Source: Lama glama (taxonomy: Eukaryota). From it: a DNA stretch of 64,000 nucleotides. This document shows positions 12,054 to 25,140 of the stretch, piece by piece. The stretch spans positions 12,712,001 to 12,776,000 of the forward strand of contig CM052817.1 of NCBI GenBank assembly GCA_028534125.1, read 5' to 3'. How positions within the stretch are numbered: the stretch's first letter is position 1; each line of letters opens with the position of its first letter. A program made the position numbers and the translations under genes. Under the pieces are notes generated by a model, which ran no database searches, had not been told where the DNA came from, and saw only the letters and a program-made list of their open reading frames with translations.

Positions 12054-14049
12054 GGAGTTTTATATAAAGGTACACCTCTGGATGCTTGGAGTTAAATCCA
12101 GCCACCTTGCTCTCTCCCCTCACTCCTCCAGCTTTTCACTGGCCCCTGCTTTGCTCATTAGCCTAGCTCCTGCACAGATGGTGCTTATGGGCACGCTGAT
12201 GACTCCCATCACAATCAGGCTGCTCACGGCCTGAGGGTGCAGCAAATAAATGGTCTGTACAGGTGTAATAGGAAAAGGAGGCACATCTCCCCTTGTGATC
12301 CAGTCTATCAAAATCAAAATCCCCTTGGCTGACTTACAAGGAAGTGTACTTTGTCATGTTAATTTGAAAGAGAGCAAATGACACCCACACATATTTACTT
12401 TCTTTCTTCTTTTTCCTTTTTTTTTTCTTTAATCTTCCAGATGTTCAGAAGCTCGGCATTTAATATCCAATGTTTGACCTTTCAGTCTTCTGCCATCTGC
12501 CACAAAAGGTGTTTCAGCAAGCTGTGTGAAGAGGCATTTGATAACAGATTAACTCAGTTGTGACACATTTGGAAGATGCTAATCAAGGTAAAAATTCCAA
12601 CACTAATAATTAATCAAACAAGAAGTGTCACGTATCTCTCTCAGATAGCAGCAATGTCTTGCCACTCTGTGAAGACAATTATATCTCAACATAGCCTGTT
12701 AGGTCTTCATCAAATTATACCCTCCCTCCCTTTCACTAGTACCTACTTCTGACTTAAAAGCATAACTGCCTTTGGCCTCTAAAGAGTTAAGGACTTTCCA
12801 GAAAATACATTATCAATAAAATTAATAATAAAATATTCATATTAATATAGACTATCAATATATTATTATTTAAGTATAAGTTAGCTCAATTAACAGAAAA
12901 ATAATGCAAGCAATTTCATATTTTAGGGAAACAGAAAACAAAATCATAAGAACAAGAAGAGTATTATATCTTCCTATGATACTTGCCCTTGAGACCATCT
13001 GCTCATAGCATCCACGTGCTAGATTAAGTCTCTCTGGCAGTTCATTGCAAACATTGTCTCCTAACTCCGTTGGTTAGCTTTTCATCAAAGCTTCCATCTT
13101 TTCAGGCTGGGAGCTTTTATATCCCTTATTTCCTTTCCACCCCCCCCCCCATTTTTCATTCTGAGCAATCAGAAATTTCACTGGGTGTATTGTTTGCTCT
13201 TCACCCAGCACACAGATCTCTTTCACTTGGATGCTGGTATAACACTCATCTTCCATATTCAACTTGAGGACAAGTACAATTCCAAATCATGTTTTTAGAT
13301 ATACAAGGAATTTAACCAGTGTGAAGATTGTGGAGGGTAGGTGTGTGCTAATGGATTGCTGGCCCATTGGGTGTGAGGGGAATCATTCATGTGAACGAGA
13401 TTTTACAGGTCTTTTGCTATTCAGAAAATAGTTCCCTGGCAATTGGATGGAGGTGGTAGTAAAGTTCCCAGGTTGGCCCAGGAATAGGTCCTTTCAATTT
13501 GGGGTTCACCCCTGAGATGTGAGGAAGTGTTTTTCTTGACTCTCAAGCCTTGTTTGATTTCAGAGTTTAGAAATTGAGCTGAAGAAAGGTATTTCCTTGG
13601 TCATCTTCTGTCTATGCTCTCATTAGGGATAATTCCTCCTAGAAACCAGAAAACTGTTGATTAATATTATTAGTCTGTAGCTAAATTGCTATTTTGAGCA
13701 TTTTTAGTAGGACTTAATGTGCAATTAACTGGTAAATTAGGAGCTGAATGAAGCATTGTTGGGAGCTTCTGTATTAATGGTTATTAACATAGGACATGTC
13801 ACTAATCATTGATCCAATAATGCCCATAAAGACTGAAGGACACTAAGAAATTCTCCTACAGCGTTTCAAAATAATTGACTCCTCATATAAAGTCTCAAGG
13901 AATTCTTACTCTGAAAGGACATTTTTCCCATCATGTAAACGCTCCCCGAACTCTTCCATCCTTCTGAAACAGCTTCTAATCCTCTGAATATCTCTGTAGT
14001 GTCCTTTTGTCAAGTTGGATTAGCTTATTGTATTAACATAGCTTTATAT

Positions 14050-14255
14050 ATACAGCTTGAATTAGAATAAGGATCTGAATCTGAATTTGAATCCTATTGA
14101 TTGTGTGTAACTTTGCACAAGTTTCTTATTTAATTGTTCTTCTGTGAAATGGAAATAAGAGTACACCTTAACTCATAATCGTGTAATGTTGCTGTAATTA
14201 TTAAACTGTAGACATACAGATACGTTGCTTTGTGTATAGTGGGTCCTAATAATCA
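14050..14255 (+). mobile_element. MIR SINE
   Basis: tgaatttgaatcct, tgtgtaactttgcacaagtttctt, tctgtgaaatggaaataa. Confidence 0.7.
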
Positions 14256-15744
14256 TCAGTGATGGTCATTATTAATAATGTTATTATTTTCATTATCATA
14301 CTGTCTGTGGCACCATCATTGTCTTAATGTTTTACCAGACCATTATTATTTTGAAACACAAATAAAGAATGTATGCATTTGAAAGATTAAGAAGCTACAT
14401 TTCTTTATATATAAAAAGATTTTTTTCATGTGCAGGAAAATAGTACAAATACTAAATGCTTAAACTCCTTTTATCAAAAATGAAAAAAAAATTGACAGAC
14501 TAGACTGCAGTGAATGCACACATACATACAGCCATAATTAGGGAAAAGTTAATATTCTTATCTCTGCATACCAAAATTATATTGATTTTCTTGTTCTATA
14601 TTTCAGGATTCTCCAACTTTCTTTCAGTTGACTAAGTTACTTCTGTAATCAGATAAATATAATGTATGTTAAGAGAGAAGAAGCCTGCTTGTTAGACGCA
14701 CTCACTGAGTTAAAAAAAATTAGCACAACTCTATAGTATCCATATCAGAATCACAACACCTCCACCGGGAAGCATGGATACTTTTTTTTTAAATGTCAAA
14801 CCTCAATATAGAAATTCTGGGAAACAATGATCCTCTTTTACACACGTTCTTCTGTTCTTCTTCCCCCTGAGCAGGTAAGGACCCTCTAGCCTGCTGATAG
14901 TTGCCTGGCTCCCTTCAGAGGCGTTTCAGATTCACCAGCTATCACTAATCAATGGTTAACCCCAGGAAGTATCCCATACGTGGGTTCATAACAACCAAAA
15001 TTGGTCTGAGCCAGGCTTTCTGCAAGTCACACAATCTGAGTCCTCTTCAATGTTCTTCTGAATACTGTCATCTTATGGGGATGGTCCTCACATTCTCAGA
15101 GTCCCCATCATTACTAAGTGATTCACTCCTTTCCCTTTTGTTCCAGTTCTCTTCAAAAGAGAGAGAGAAAGAGGCAGAGAGAGAGAATACTACCATGGAC
15201 AAGAGAGCTCACAACTATGGCACTGCTGCCCCTGCTAAAGCTGCCAATGCCAAGGTCAAAAGGTTTGTGCCCACAGGAGCGTGACGCTGTTGCAGCCACC
15301 TCATCCCGCCGACACTGCTGGCCATGTCTCTCTCTTGTCAACCACAGCAAACCATTGGCTCAGAGGCCAGTCTGAAAGCTTGTTATTCTGCAGCTCTAAG
15401 AACCCTTGTCTAGTTCTGACCCACAATTTTTAAAACTTGTATATGTCGTCACTTCCTCTTACTTAAGGACAAAGTATTCCTGGATGGCTTTTTAATCCCT
15501 CTTCTAAATAGTTCCCTAACTGCCACCTTCACTCCCTCCAGTCCTGTCCACCTGGCATCCAGATATTTCTGATTATCAGGGAACATCTAACAAATACCCA
15601 TTACAGATGTTCCTAAAATTAAGCCACGGTCACGTAGACCAGAAGTATCCAAAAGCCCAGTTATCAGTCCAATCTTAAACTGCATCGGCGTAATTGGAGT
15701 TCTAAAATGCACAGACATGGATGGGGTAGTTATTTATTCATTCT

Positions 15745-15920
15745 GGTGTGGTGTTCCAGAAAGAACATTGCAGTGAAAATCAAGAGATGGATTAGGGCCT
15801 GTTGGTCCCTGAATTAGCTTTGTAAGCTTGGGCAAGTCTCAAAATTCCTAGCTAATCTGAAAAATTAGGGAGGTAAATTCAAAATCTCTAAGGTTTCTTC
15901 CAAGGTTCCCTTCAGGTCCA
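15745..15920 (+). mobile_element. MIR (MIRc/MIR3-type)
   Basis: gaaagaacattgcagtgaaaatcaagaga, cttgggcaagtc, atctctaaggtt..ccttcag. Confidence 0.6.
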
Positions 15921-18344
15921 AATGAAAACACTTTAGGAGATCCTATTTTGAGGGAGCAGCAGTGGGAAGGTGCATGACAACAGAATTTAGGTAGAATTTC
16001 CTCTAAAACTGCAGCCCTGGTTTGCATGATCTGCGTTGGTATAACTGAGAAGAGGATGCTCATCCACCAGATGTTGGATGACACACTTTCAGATTTTTGT
16101 TTCAAAGCTTGTAGGTGGAAAACGGCTTTAACACTGCTTCCAAGTTATGTTTGCATCTAGCAGAAAGAAAATAGGTCTTCAAAATAATATCAAGGTCTGA
16201 GAACTGTCACGATGTGACTTGGGAAAGATTGCAAGCCAAACAGTTTAAGATTACAATACAGAGAGCCAAACTCAGAGAAGAAAAAAACATTTATAAGTTT
16301 AGTAAGAATTCTCAGCCACTTTTTATTCAATGAATATAATATTTTGAAAAGAAAACTTTTACTAAGATTCAAGTTACATAGACAGATGAGCGAACAAGAA
16401 TTTAGGAGTCATTTTGGGCCATGTTACTAGGTAAGTGCAAATGCCGTTACAAAGCGACTATGTTGATAACGGGATTATGTAGGCTACATGCATTTTTTTT
16501 CCCCTAGCATATGCTATCGAATTTGAAAGTAAAAATGCAATTGCAATTCAAGTTGAAGAATGAGAAATTTTCCTACCTGGAAAGGAGAGGAATCCCTCTT
16601 TAATTGACTCTATGATCAGAATAAAGATTTATAGGAAAACAATGTAATATGCTTCTGATAAGAAATTAGTGATGATGAATGGGTGGTCATTAGCATTACG
16701 AGGGTTCCAGGAAGGCTTGTGTTTCACAATGAAGTAACCTTTATTGAAACAAGATAATTTAAGAAGTAAATTTATTAGATTGGAATTTATTTGCAAAGTG
16801 CTTTTTAAACTTCCTAGTAACGAAATCCCAGTTCCTGTGTTGTTACAATCACAATTCAGAACAAGTTCTTCTTGTCTTTATTAGGTACTTGACAAAAACA
16901 CGGGCTAGCCTATAAAACTCCATAAAAGCAGGGAGAATGTTGTTTATATTTTCCATAAAGGTCTCAGCTCACTGTGAATGCTAAGTGGATGCTAAATCTG
17001 AGTCATGAAAATGCCTCTCTAATGAGTACTAAAGAATTCCCAGAGTAAGATCATGCCTTTGTATCCAGTGTCAAACATCATCCTTTCCTGCTTTTGTATC
17101 AAAATGGTTCTCAGAAGTTCTCTGCTCATAATCATTTATCATCCACAGACCAGGTACTCAGTAAATGCTGATTGAATTAATCTGAGAGTTTTGTTGAAAT
17201 CAAATAGTCCAGCAAAAAGAGGTCTTGGTAGAACCCAGTGACCAGAACACCTTTCCAAGTCTAATTAATTTTCCTCTCCTCTGGATGACTAGGTCATTCT
17301 TTCTCTCCTGTCCTCCAGCAGCCAATATTTTGGCCCAGTTCTCACTTTCTGCTGATGACCTACTTCACTTAGAAAACAGAAATCAGCTCGCCATTCCATC
17401 TACTCACATCAGAGTTACTATATCCATTCAACACGTTTCCATCATCTCTCCTAATAGCTTTGATAAACTTTCCCCTCAAAGACTTTGCTCCAACCCTTCT
17501 CCCCTCAATCCGGCACCCGATTTTCTCTGTCTCCTGGGCCACTCCTATCAGCATGCTAACATGCTGTGACTTGTCCTACCTTAAAAAAATCTGAAACAAA
17601 AGTCTCTCTACTTTTCTGAAAACTTCTCTTCCAACTGCAGTCCCTCTTTCTCTGCTGTAACAGCCAAAGTCCTTGAAAGAATTGCCTATGTTTGCATCCC
17701 TAATTTCTTGTCACTCTCGTTTTCTTTTGAGCCCAGTCCGAGTAGGGTTTCGCCTCTGCCATGCCGTGGAAGCTACTTGGTCATGGCCACCATGACTTTC
17801 ACACTGTTAAGTCCAATGAGCAATTCAGTCCTCATCTAACCTGACCTGACAGTGTCATTTTAGAGCCACCTCTTCTTTTACCTTTTATTTAATTTCTTCC
17901 TCTGTCCTCACTCTCATCACATCACTTCTCTCTCACTGGCCTTTTTTCCTCTTAATCCCTTTTTTTGGTTTTTCTCATCTAATGACTTAAAGTAGAAGGA
18001 TTCCAGGGCAAAAATTACTTGGCTCCTTCTCTTATTTGTCCTTCTTGGTGATCTCATGCAGTCACTGATGATACATGAACTGATATTTCTACATCGATGT
18101 CTAATTTATATCTCAAAATTAACATCCCCCAAACCAAAACCATATTTTCCACCATTCCTGCTAGCTGCCAACATTTTGTTTCTTAGACAAAAATTTTGGA
18201 ATCTTCCTTTACTCCTCTGTTTCTCTATACCCCACAGATAATTAATAACTTGTGTTGTCTCTACTTTAAAAACATATCTAGAATCTGACCAATTACAATT
18301 AATCTTTAAACCTCTGGTCCAACTTGCTCTACCGTTACATCAAG

Positions 18345-18450
18345 TTTATTTACTTATTTATTTTATTTTTTTAATGGAATTTCTGGGGATTGAAGCCAGG
18401 ACCTCATGCATACTAAGCATGCGCTCTACCACGGAGCTATACCCTTCCCC
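18345..18450 (-). mobile_element. Vic-1-type camelid tRNA-Ala-derived SINE
   Basis: Reverse complement reads GGGGAAGGGTATAGCTCCGTGGTAGAGCGCATGCTTAGTATGCATGAGGTCCTGGCTTCAATCCCCAG plus an A-rich tail. A and B boxes are visible. Decayed 17-bp TSD (14/17) at 18328-18344 and 18452-18468. Confidence 0.9.
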
Positions 18451-18606
18451 TTCTACCCTAACATCAGGATTATTATAACAGCCTTCTAACTCATCTATCC
18501 ATTTCTATTGTTGTCTAGCACAATCTATTTATAATACAGTAAGAAGAGTGTTTCTCTTACCGTTTAAGTCAGATCATGACTCCACTCAGAAACCTGCAAT
18601 AAGTAC

Positions 18607-19156
18607 TGTTATGGCTACCTATCACTGCATAACGCATTCCACTAATGTATCACGGTTTTAAACATGATTTTTTGAAATTAGCTCTCGTGGATCTGTGTGC
18701 TGACTAGTCTCAGCTAGGTGGCCCTGGTTTGGGAGGCCTGTTGTGGGGATGATGAATTCTAGCACATAGGGACTGGGGCTGGAGGCAAATGAAGGTTTGA
18801 TTGGGCTGGATATTCAAGATAAGCTCTTCCGCACGGCTGGCAGGAGGTACTGGCTATTGACCGGGAGCTCAGCTAGCTGTCAGTCTGATTGCCTGTACAT
18901 GGTTTCTCCATGTGGGTTGAGCTTCTCAGTACACGACACCTGGTTTCCAAGAATAACTATCCCAAATAACAGGAAGTAGGAGCTGCAAGTCTGTAAAAAC
19001 CTGGGTCTGGAAACTAGTACGTTGCCACTTCTGTTGTGTTCTGTTGGTCAAAGCAGTCAACAAACAGTCACCCAGGCTCAAGGGAAGGGGACATAACATG
19101 AAACCTTGCCATGGAAAGAATGTCAGAGATTCTATGACCAGTCTTAACCTGCCACA
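18607..19156 (-). mobile_element. MLT1G/H-type MaLR solo LTR inserted in L2
   Basis: TG...CA ends; ctcagctagg, gggctggatattcaagat, ccacttctg..ttctgttggtcaaagcagtca, ttaacctgccaca. Confidence 0.85.
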
Positions 19157-20610
19157 GTTTCAGTCTCATTCACATAAAAAGCAATATTCTTACGGTGCTC
19201 TTCAAAGACCTACACAGTAAGGACTCTGGTTACTTCTCTGGTGATCTGATCTTCTACCAGCTTCCACTACCTCACTACACTCCATCCATCCTTCAAAGCT
19301 GCAAAGCCTCAATGTTCATCATCTTCTCTTTCTATAATCCTTTTCCCATATAGATATTTATATATCTATATGACTTGATCCTTCTTTTATTCTCTGTTTA
19401 AGTAGAAGCTTCTGAGTGATGCCCTCCCCAGCAGCCATGTACCTATATATGTACATATAAAAAATTTGATGTGTCTGTCTCTTCCCACTGGAAAGAAAGA
19501 GCCAAAGAGTAAGGATTTCTGACTGTTTTGTTTACTGCTGCACCTGTAGTTTCTAGAATAGTTCTTGGAACATTGAGGAAGCTCAAAACTTTTTTTTTTA
19601 AATGAAGGGACATATGCTATATGTGTTTAACTCTTAATAGTAGCTTTATTCCATTCTATTGCAGCAACTTAGGGTTTTGCCCACTTGAATCACTTTGACT
19701 TCCGTAAAGAAGTCTTTGTGGAATGGGCGCTCATGCCCTGCCTACTCGATCATACTCCAGGAACAACTCCTGGTACAGTCAGCATTCAGAAGAGTGGCTC
19801 ATTCTGAACACATAATGGTTGAACTATCGACGATGACAAAATGAGATCTCATTAGGAAGCAAATGTGGCAGTAAAAGGTAATAAATTCACTCTCCAACAC
19901 CTCCTTGGAATTTGAAGAATCCAAATAATTGAAATAATTGCTTTGTAGCATTTTAAGGTTTTGAGGTCTATAAGCCTATTTCCCAGGATTTATATGTACA
20001 TTAATTTAAATTAGGCTAAATGTTATAAGCTCAGAAGCCATCCATTGAAGACCTTTACTTTCACTTGACCTTCAGTCCAATTCTCTGTCTGTTCACCTAC
20101 TGCTTCCAGCAAACAAATCAGAGCCTTGACAGGTGATTGCTCACTTTGAGCCTTCATTTACAAGGCCCTCCTAAGATTTCTCACAAGCCTGGCTTCATTT
20201 AAAACCACAAGATATAAAGAAGTTGTTGAATTACCAAAATCACCATGGATGTTAGTCATTATTAAGAATTGTAAATTTTGCAGTTGATTAATTCAAATTC
20301 TATTGTGTTTGGTGCTGATTATTTTTCAGAGCTATGCTGTCAATACACCGTTGTTGGAACCATGCTCATTAGTTAACTTATTGATGCTGCAGCTGGACTA
20401 TGGAATACACAATGAAGTTTTCCAAAGGCATCTTTGCCTGGATGAAAACTGGCCCTTGTTGTTATGATTTCAGCACTACACATTAGAAAATAAGGAAAAG
20501 CTTCTACTGTAAATATGATATTGAAGACAAAGTCATTGGGTTCTTAGCAACAGCAGTAGCTGAATCCAGGAAATGCATCCTACATTTTATCTGCAGATCA
20601 GCATAGAACG

Positions 20611-21110
20611 NNNNNNNNNNNNNNNNNNNNNNNNNNNNNNNNNNNNNNNNNNNNNNNNNNNNNNNNNNNNNNNNNNNNNNNNNNNNNNNNNNNNNNNNNN
20701 NNNNNNNNNNNNNNNNNNNNNNNNNNNNNNNNNNNNNNNNNNNNNNNNNNNNNNNNNNNNNNNNNNNNNNNNNNNNNNNNNNNNNNNNNNNNNNNNNNNN
20801 NNNNNNNNNNNNNNNNNNNNNNNNNNNNNNNNNNNNNNNNNNNNNNNNNNNNNNNNNNNNNNNNNNNNNNNNNNNNNNNNNNNNNNNNNNNNNNNNNNNN
20901 NNNNNNNNNNNNNNNNNNNNNNNNNNNNNNNNNNNNNNNNNNNNNNNNNNNNNNNNNNNNNNNNNNNNNNNNNNNNNNNNNNNNNNNNNNNNNNNNNNNN
21001 NNNNNNNNNNNNNNNNNNNNNNNNNNNNNNNNNNNNNNNNNNNNNNNNNNNNNNNNNNNNNNNNNNNNNNNNNNNNNNNNNNNNNNNNNNNNNNNNNNNN
21101 NNNNNNNNNN
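20611..21110. other. Assembly gap (500 N)
   Basis: Run of N. Confidence 1.
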
Positions 21111-21129
21111 TTCAGATCAGCATCTCAGA

Positions 21130-21530
21130 CTCATTCTATCCTACTGAAAGTATCTGCCAAATGCCCATGGATATTTAATGTATCATAAATAAGTTGACAT
21201 TTAATGTATTTTCCATTGGGTCGGCAACCTGGAACAAAATCAAGAAGATCTTGGCCTTCATTGAATTTACAGAAGAACACAAGAAAAACTGTAAGCCAAT
21301 AAATATAAAGAAGCCAATTAAAAATCAGATAAATTATGATTATGAAGAAAAATGCATAATATGTTATGAGAAAGGAAAACACAGGAGACACAGATTTAAT
21401 TGGGGTCAAAGATGATCTTTCTGATAAAGAGGATTCTCAGCTGATCCCTGAGGGCCAGTATCTTTTAGGCATGCTGAGAATATACAGAAGGGAATTCTAG
21501 CCCAAGGACGAGAAAGGAGCTGTGTGTTGG
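21130..21530 (-). mobile_element. L2 3' end
   Basis: gaacaaaatcaag..ggccttcattgaatttaca, ggggtcaaagatgatctttctga, agctgatccctga. Confidence 0.6.
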
Positions 21531-21918
21531 AGGATGAATGAGTTGTTAAGCTATGAAGAAAACCCTAAAAGACCACTGGTTCACAAAATCTCTAGACATT
21601 AGATAGTTAAACTGGAGCATCTGAGATGGCAGATAAAGGAGAAAGGACGCTTTATGATTAAGAAAAGGCTATGACCCTCCAAGAGTTGTGGCAACTCCAG
21701 GGTCCAAAATGAAATGTGGGGTTCCGAATATGGACAAATCTAATGCTGTGGAGGTGGCGGGAACTTTGATGGGGATGACAGGCGGTTGCCTGTGTGGACG
21801 GGCAATAATTGCCACAGCCTTGGAAGATGTATTGACATTTCCTGTATGTAGTTCAGCTTGATATTGAAGGGTTGGGACTACCAAAAAATCTGTTTAAATA
21901 TTTTCTGGGAAAGGATTA

Positions 21919-22143
21919 CAGTGGTCAGCAAGCTACAGTCCTTGAGCCACATCCAGCCCATGGCCTGTTTGTTTTTACAAGTAGTCTTAGTGAGCGCAGG
22001 TACACTCGTTTGAATCTCCTATAGCTGCCTACCTGCTACAATAGAAGAACTGAATTGTTGCAACAGATGCAAGCTGTATGGCTCATAAAGCTTAAAGTGT
22101 TCATTATCTGGTTCTTTTCAGAAAATAAGTTTCCTGAGCCCTC
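21919..22143. mobile_element. MER58A hAT-Charlie element
   Basis: cagtggtcagcaagctacag..atccagccca..cctgtttg, gctacaatagaagaactgaattgttgcaacaga, ttatctggttcttttcagaaaa; expected ~225 bp length. Confidence 0.9.
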
Positions 22144-22149
22144 CTTTAA

Positions 22150-22480
22150 TTATATTTTCTGTGTCTTCTGTCTGGATTGTTCTTTATGTCATCTTTTTGA
22201 CCCATAGAACTTAATCATCCTTTAACACACAGCCCAAGTGTCACCTTAGCTGAAAAGACTTATCAAAATCCATCTTAAATCCCATAGCCCAGAGTTGATC
22301 ACTCCTATCATTTCTTGCAATGCACTTATCTCACAGTATTATAATTATTATATATCTGTCTCCTGAAATAGCTCCGAGTATTTTGAGGCCAGATTCTGCA
22401 TCTCATTCACTTCTATATACCTCACTTGTCTTAAGGTATGTCAGGAACCTAGCAGGGTACAATAAATATTTGACTGGGTA
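22150..22480 (+). mobile_element. L2 3' end
   Basis: cagcccaagtgtcacct, tctgtctcct..ttgaggccaga, tacaataaatatttg. Confidence 0.65.
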
Positions 22481-24064
22481 AGGAAAAGCATCAATGTTAA
22501 ATAGATCCAAGATTCTTCATTTGAAAGATGTATTTTTTCCTCCTTGGCTCTGTCTGAGTTTAATTGTAAGTTAACATTATCCTGCACTCACGGATCTTTT
22601 GCAAAATGTTTTGTAACAGTTTGTTTCAAAGAGCATAGAGTCGACTGACTCTAATAACACAAATGACCAGGGTGATTTTCAAAGGGAAAATTTGTTTTTG
22701 TTAGTCTTGTGAGCTGAATCATTTGGATATTTTTACATTTCCATAAAATACGAATATATTCACTAATGTAATCCAGCAGTCCTCCTCCAGACATGCAATT
22801 AAAGTCCACTCCCATCTCACCCACCATTTATCAGAAACTTACTGGCCCTGAAGGTCATCAGAATTTAGCTCCAACAGAATACAAAGAAAGCAGATGTCCC
22901 TTTGTAGAGAATTACCCATATAAATTTTTCTGAGCAACGAATGAACAGAAAGCATTGTAATAACTCACAAATAGTGCTCAGTTGGAAGGTGGTTTTCAAG
23001 ATAACTATTAAGAAAAAGGGATTTCAACCATAAATGTTCATTTAATTTTCTATTGATGGGTATTCAGCAATCAACATGTGCCAGCATCATCAGAATATAT
23101 TTATTGCATTTCTGTATTTGGAATAACATAATTTTTATGCTTAGCATCAATGAGACACTAAGGAATTTCTCATAATAACTGTAGAAAAGTGGTAAAAGAG
23201 ATGATCCCTATAGATTTTTAAGAAGAAGGTATGTCTCCCTAGGTGACAACAGGGACTCTAAACAGTGACCTTAAAGAATTAGTCAAGAACAAACAAAACA
23301 ATCAGAAGTTTCTTTGAGATGGTAGATTCTGAGCATAATGAATTCAGTCATCTATTTTCCTTGAAATGGGTCTTTAAGTATTTGTAAAATAAATGGGCAA
23401 AAACATAAAGCAAAAAGAGATATGAAGCAAAGCCTCCTGGGGGGGTAATTATTTTTGAAACTTCATGTAGCATGCTTTTAATCATTCACACACATCATTA
23501 ATCATGTGTGGTCTTGTTCATGTACCCATTTCTCCTCATTCTAGGACAGGTGGTTGAAAGCGGAGTAAAGGTCCCAATGCTGGTTCTCTTCCCTGTCTTT
23601 ATGTTTCTCTTCCCAGAGCTAGACTTCCCAGTTAGCTGGGGGCACTCTCAGACTCAGGCTTTGCCCAGAGACTGATTAGGACAGATTAAGATCTTATTAT
23701 ACTCATCATAATCTCTTCTCTCCCACCGTGGCTGCTCTTGCTCTGCTTCTCCTGCCTCTGTGCCTCTAAACTAAGCTTTCTTATTGTGCTGCTTGCCAGA
23801 ACTCCTCTCAGAATAACATTTCTCCTTTGATTACCAATTTTGAAAAGAAGTTTTGGACTTCCTAATTTGGTCAAGGACTCCACTCTTGGTGGGATAGTTT
23901 CAATGACCTTATTGTTTACATACCTCTGTAATGTTGGTGATTACACTGACTGCCTTGTTTGTACCACCCAAGTCTAACAATGCTGTGGTCTGTCTTCCCA
24001 TCAACTGCCATGTCTATCCCCTTTTGACTTTTAATGTGTGCTCTGATGACATGATCATTCTATG

Positions 24065-24190
24065 TGGTAGAGATAATTGGCTCCATTTATTCAGTGCAGA
24101 AACTGAGGCTTAGAGAAGTTAAGTGACATTTCCAAAGTCATCACCCAATAATTAGTTGTCAATGTCAGCATCCAAACTCAGATATAATTT
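24065..24190 (-). mobile_element. MIR core
   Basis: gaaactgaggcttagagaagttaagtgacatttccaaagtca. Confidence 0.8.
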
Positions 24191-24634
24191 GAAAACATCA
24201 ATGAGCTGCCCCCATTAGAAATGGTACCTTTTGTATGAAAGTCTGAATTCTTTTGAATTATTAGAACTTCATAATATATCATGAACTTGCAATAGCCAAT
24301 TAACCAAACAGAGAGCACCCATGATGTACCTCTACAGTGGCAGGTCTACATAAGGTGGTTTGAGGTTCTGGAGAATTTCCATAAGACACAGCAACTTCCT
24401 TTGGGAAGCTTGGGATTTTATTGAAAAGAAAAAACAATGGTATAAGCAACATTTTGAGAATCTTCTAAGAGGGTGTAATCAGGTGCTAAACTATTTGGAA
24501 AGAAAAAAAAATGAGTGACCATCAAAAACAAGAAGTAGAAGAGGAAGTGAATACTGGCCTAAATATCCATGAAAGTCACATGAAGGGGATCACTTAAGAC
24601 AGGGATGTTGGTCTGGCTATTAGTGAGGATTTGT

Positions 24635-25140
24635 CTGGTAGATAAGTCTTGTTCCTTTGGAAGCTGAAGTGAAGACACTGAGACAAGGAGTTAACCTCCA
24701 TGAGTTTATTTGAGAGCAGATTCCAGAAAGTATGATAGAAAAATGGGAAAATGAGATGGGGAAAGGGAGCTAGGTAAAGTAAAAAAGTGCAAACCACTCA
24801 ATACATGGCAAACTAACAAGTTACTACTGTGGACAACTGGTTCAATCCCCTTGGGTAGTCTGGAAGACCGTGCACAGAATATCTCCCAGTTACCTCAACT
24901 GAGGGTTGAGGAGTTGAGATGTTTATGCACAAATTCCCCATCAGTTATTAGCTAAGGTCTGTTCTGAGAGGCATTAACTCTTCAGCACTCTTGGTTGCCT
25001 ATACACAGGTGGAATTTGCTCCCTCAGCCAGAAAAAAAAATGTGTTCTTTTGGTAGAGATTTCCAGATGTTAAAAATATCAGCCTTTAGTGTGTGAAGAC
25101 GAGTGCTGTGAGAATATGGATGAGTCACTGATGGAGTCAG
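24635..25140 (-). mobile_element. LTR33-type ERVL LTR
   Basis: gaagacactgagacaagga..gtttatttgagag, gttactactgtggacaactgg..caatcccc, gaatatggatgagtcactgatgg. Confidence 0.7.

Larger units (their letters stand above)
17290..19605 (+). mobile_element. Long L2 fragment reaching the 3' end, interrupted by a SINE and an MLT1
   Basis: gctgatgacc, caccatgactttc..aagtccaatg, tctagaatctgacc, aagtcagatcatg and the 3' terminus ctagaatagttcttggaacattgagg. Confidence 0.8.

Noticed and set aside
16705..16713. Isolated GAS motif TTCCAGGAA
   Set aside because: A single short motif without supporting context is expected by chance.
18378..18450. tRNA-Ala gene
   Set aside because: The A-rich tail, TSD and mismatched stems show it is a SINE.
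20573..21178. Long ORFs here and at 47061-47742
   Set aside because: They are open only because they run through N gaps.
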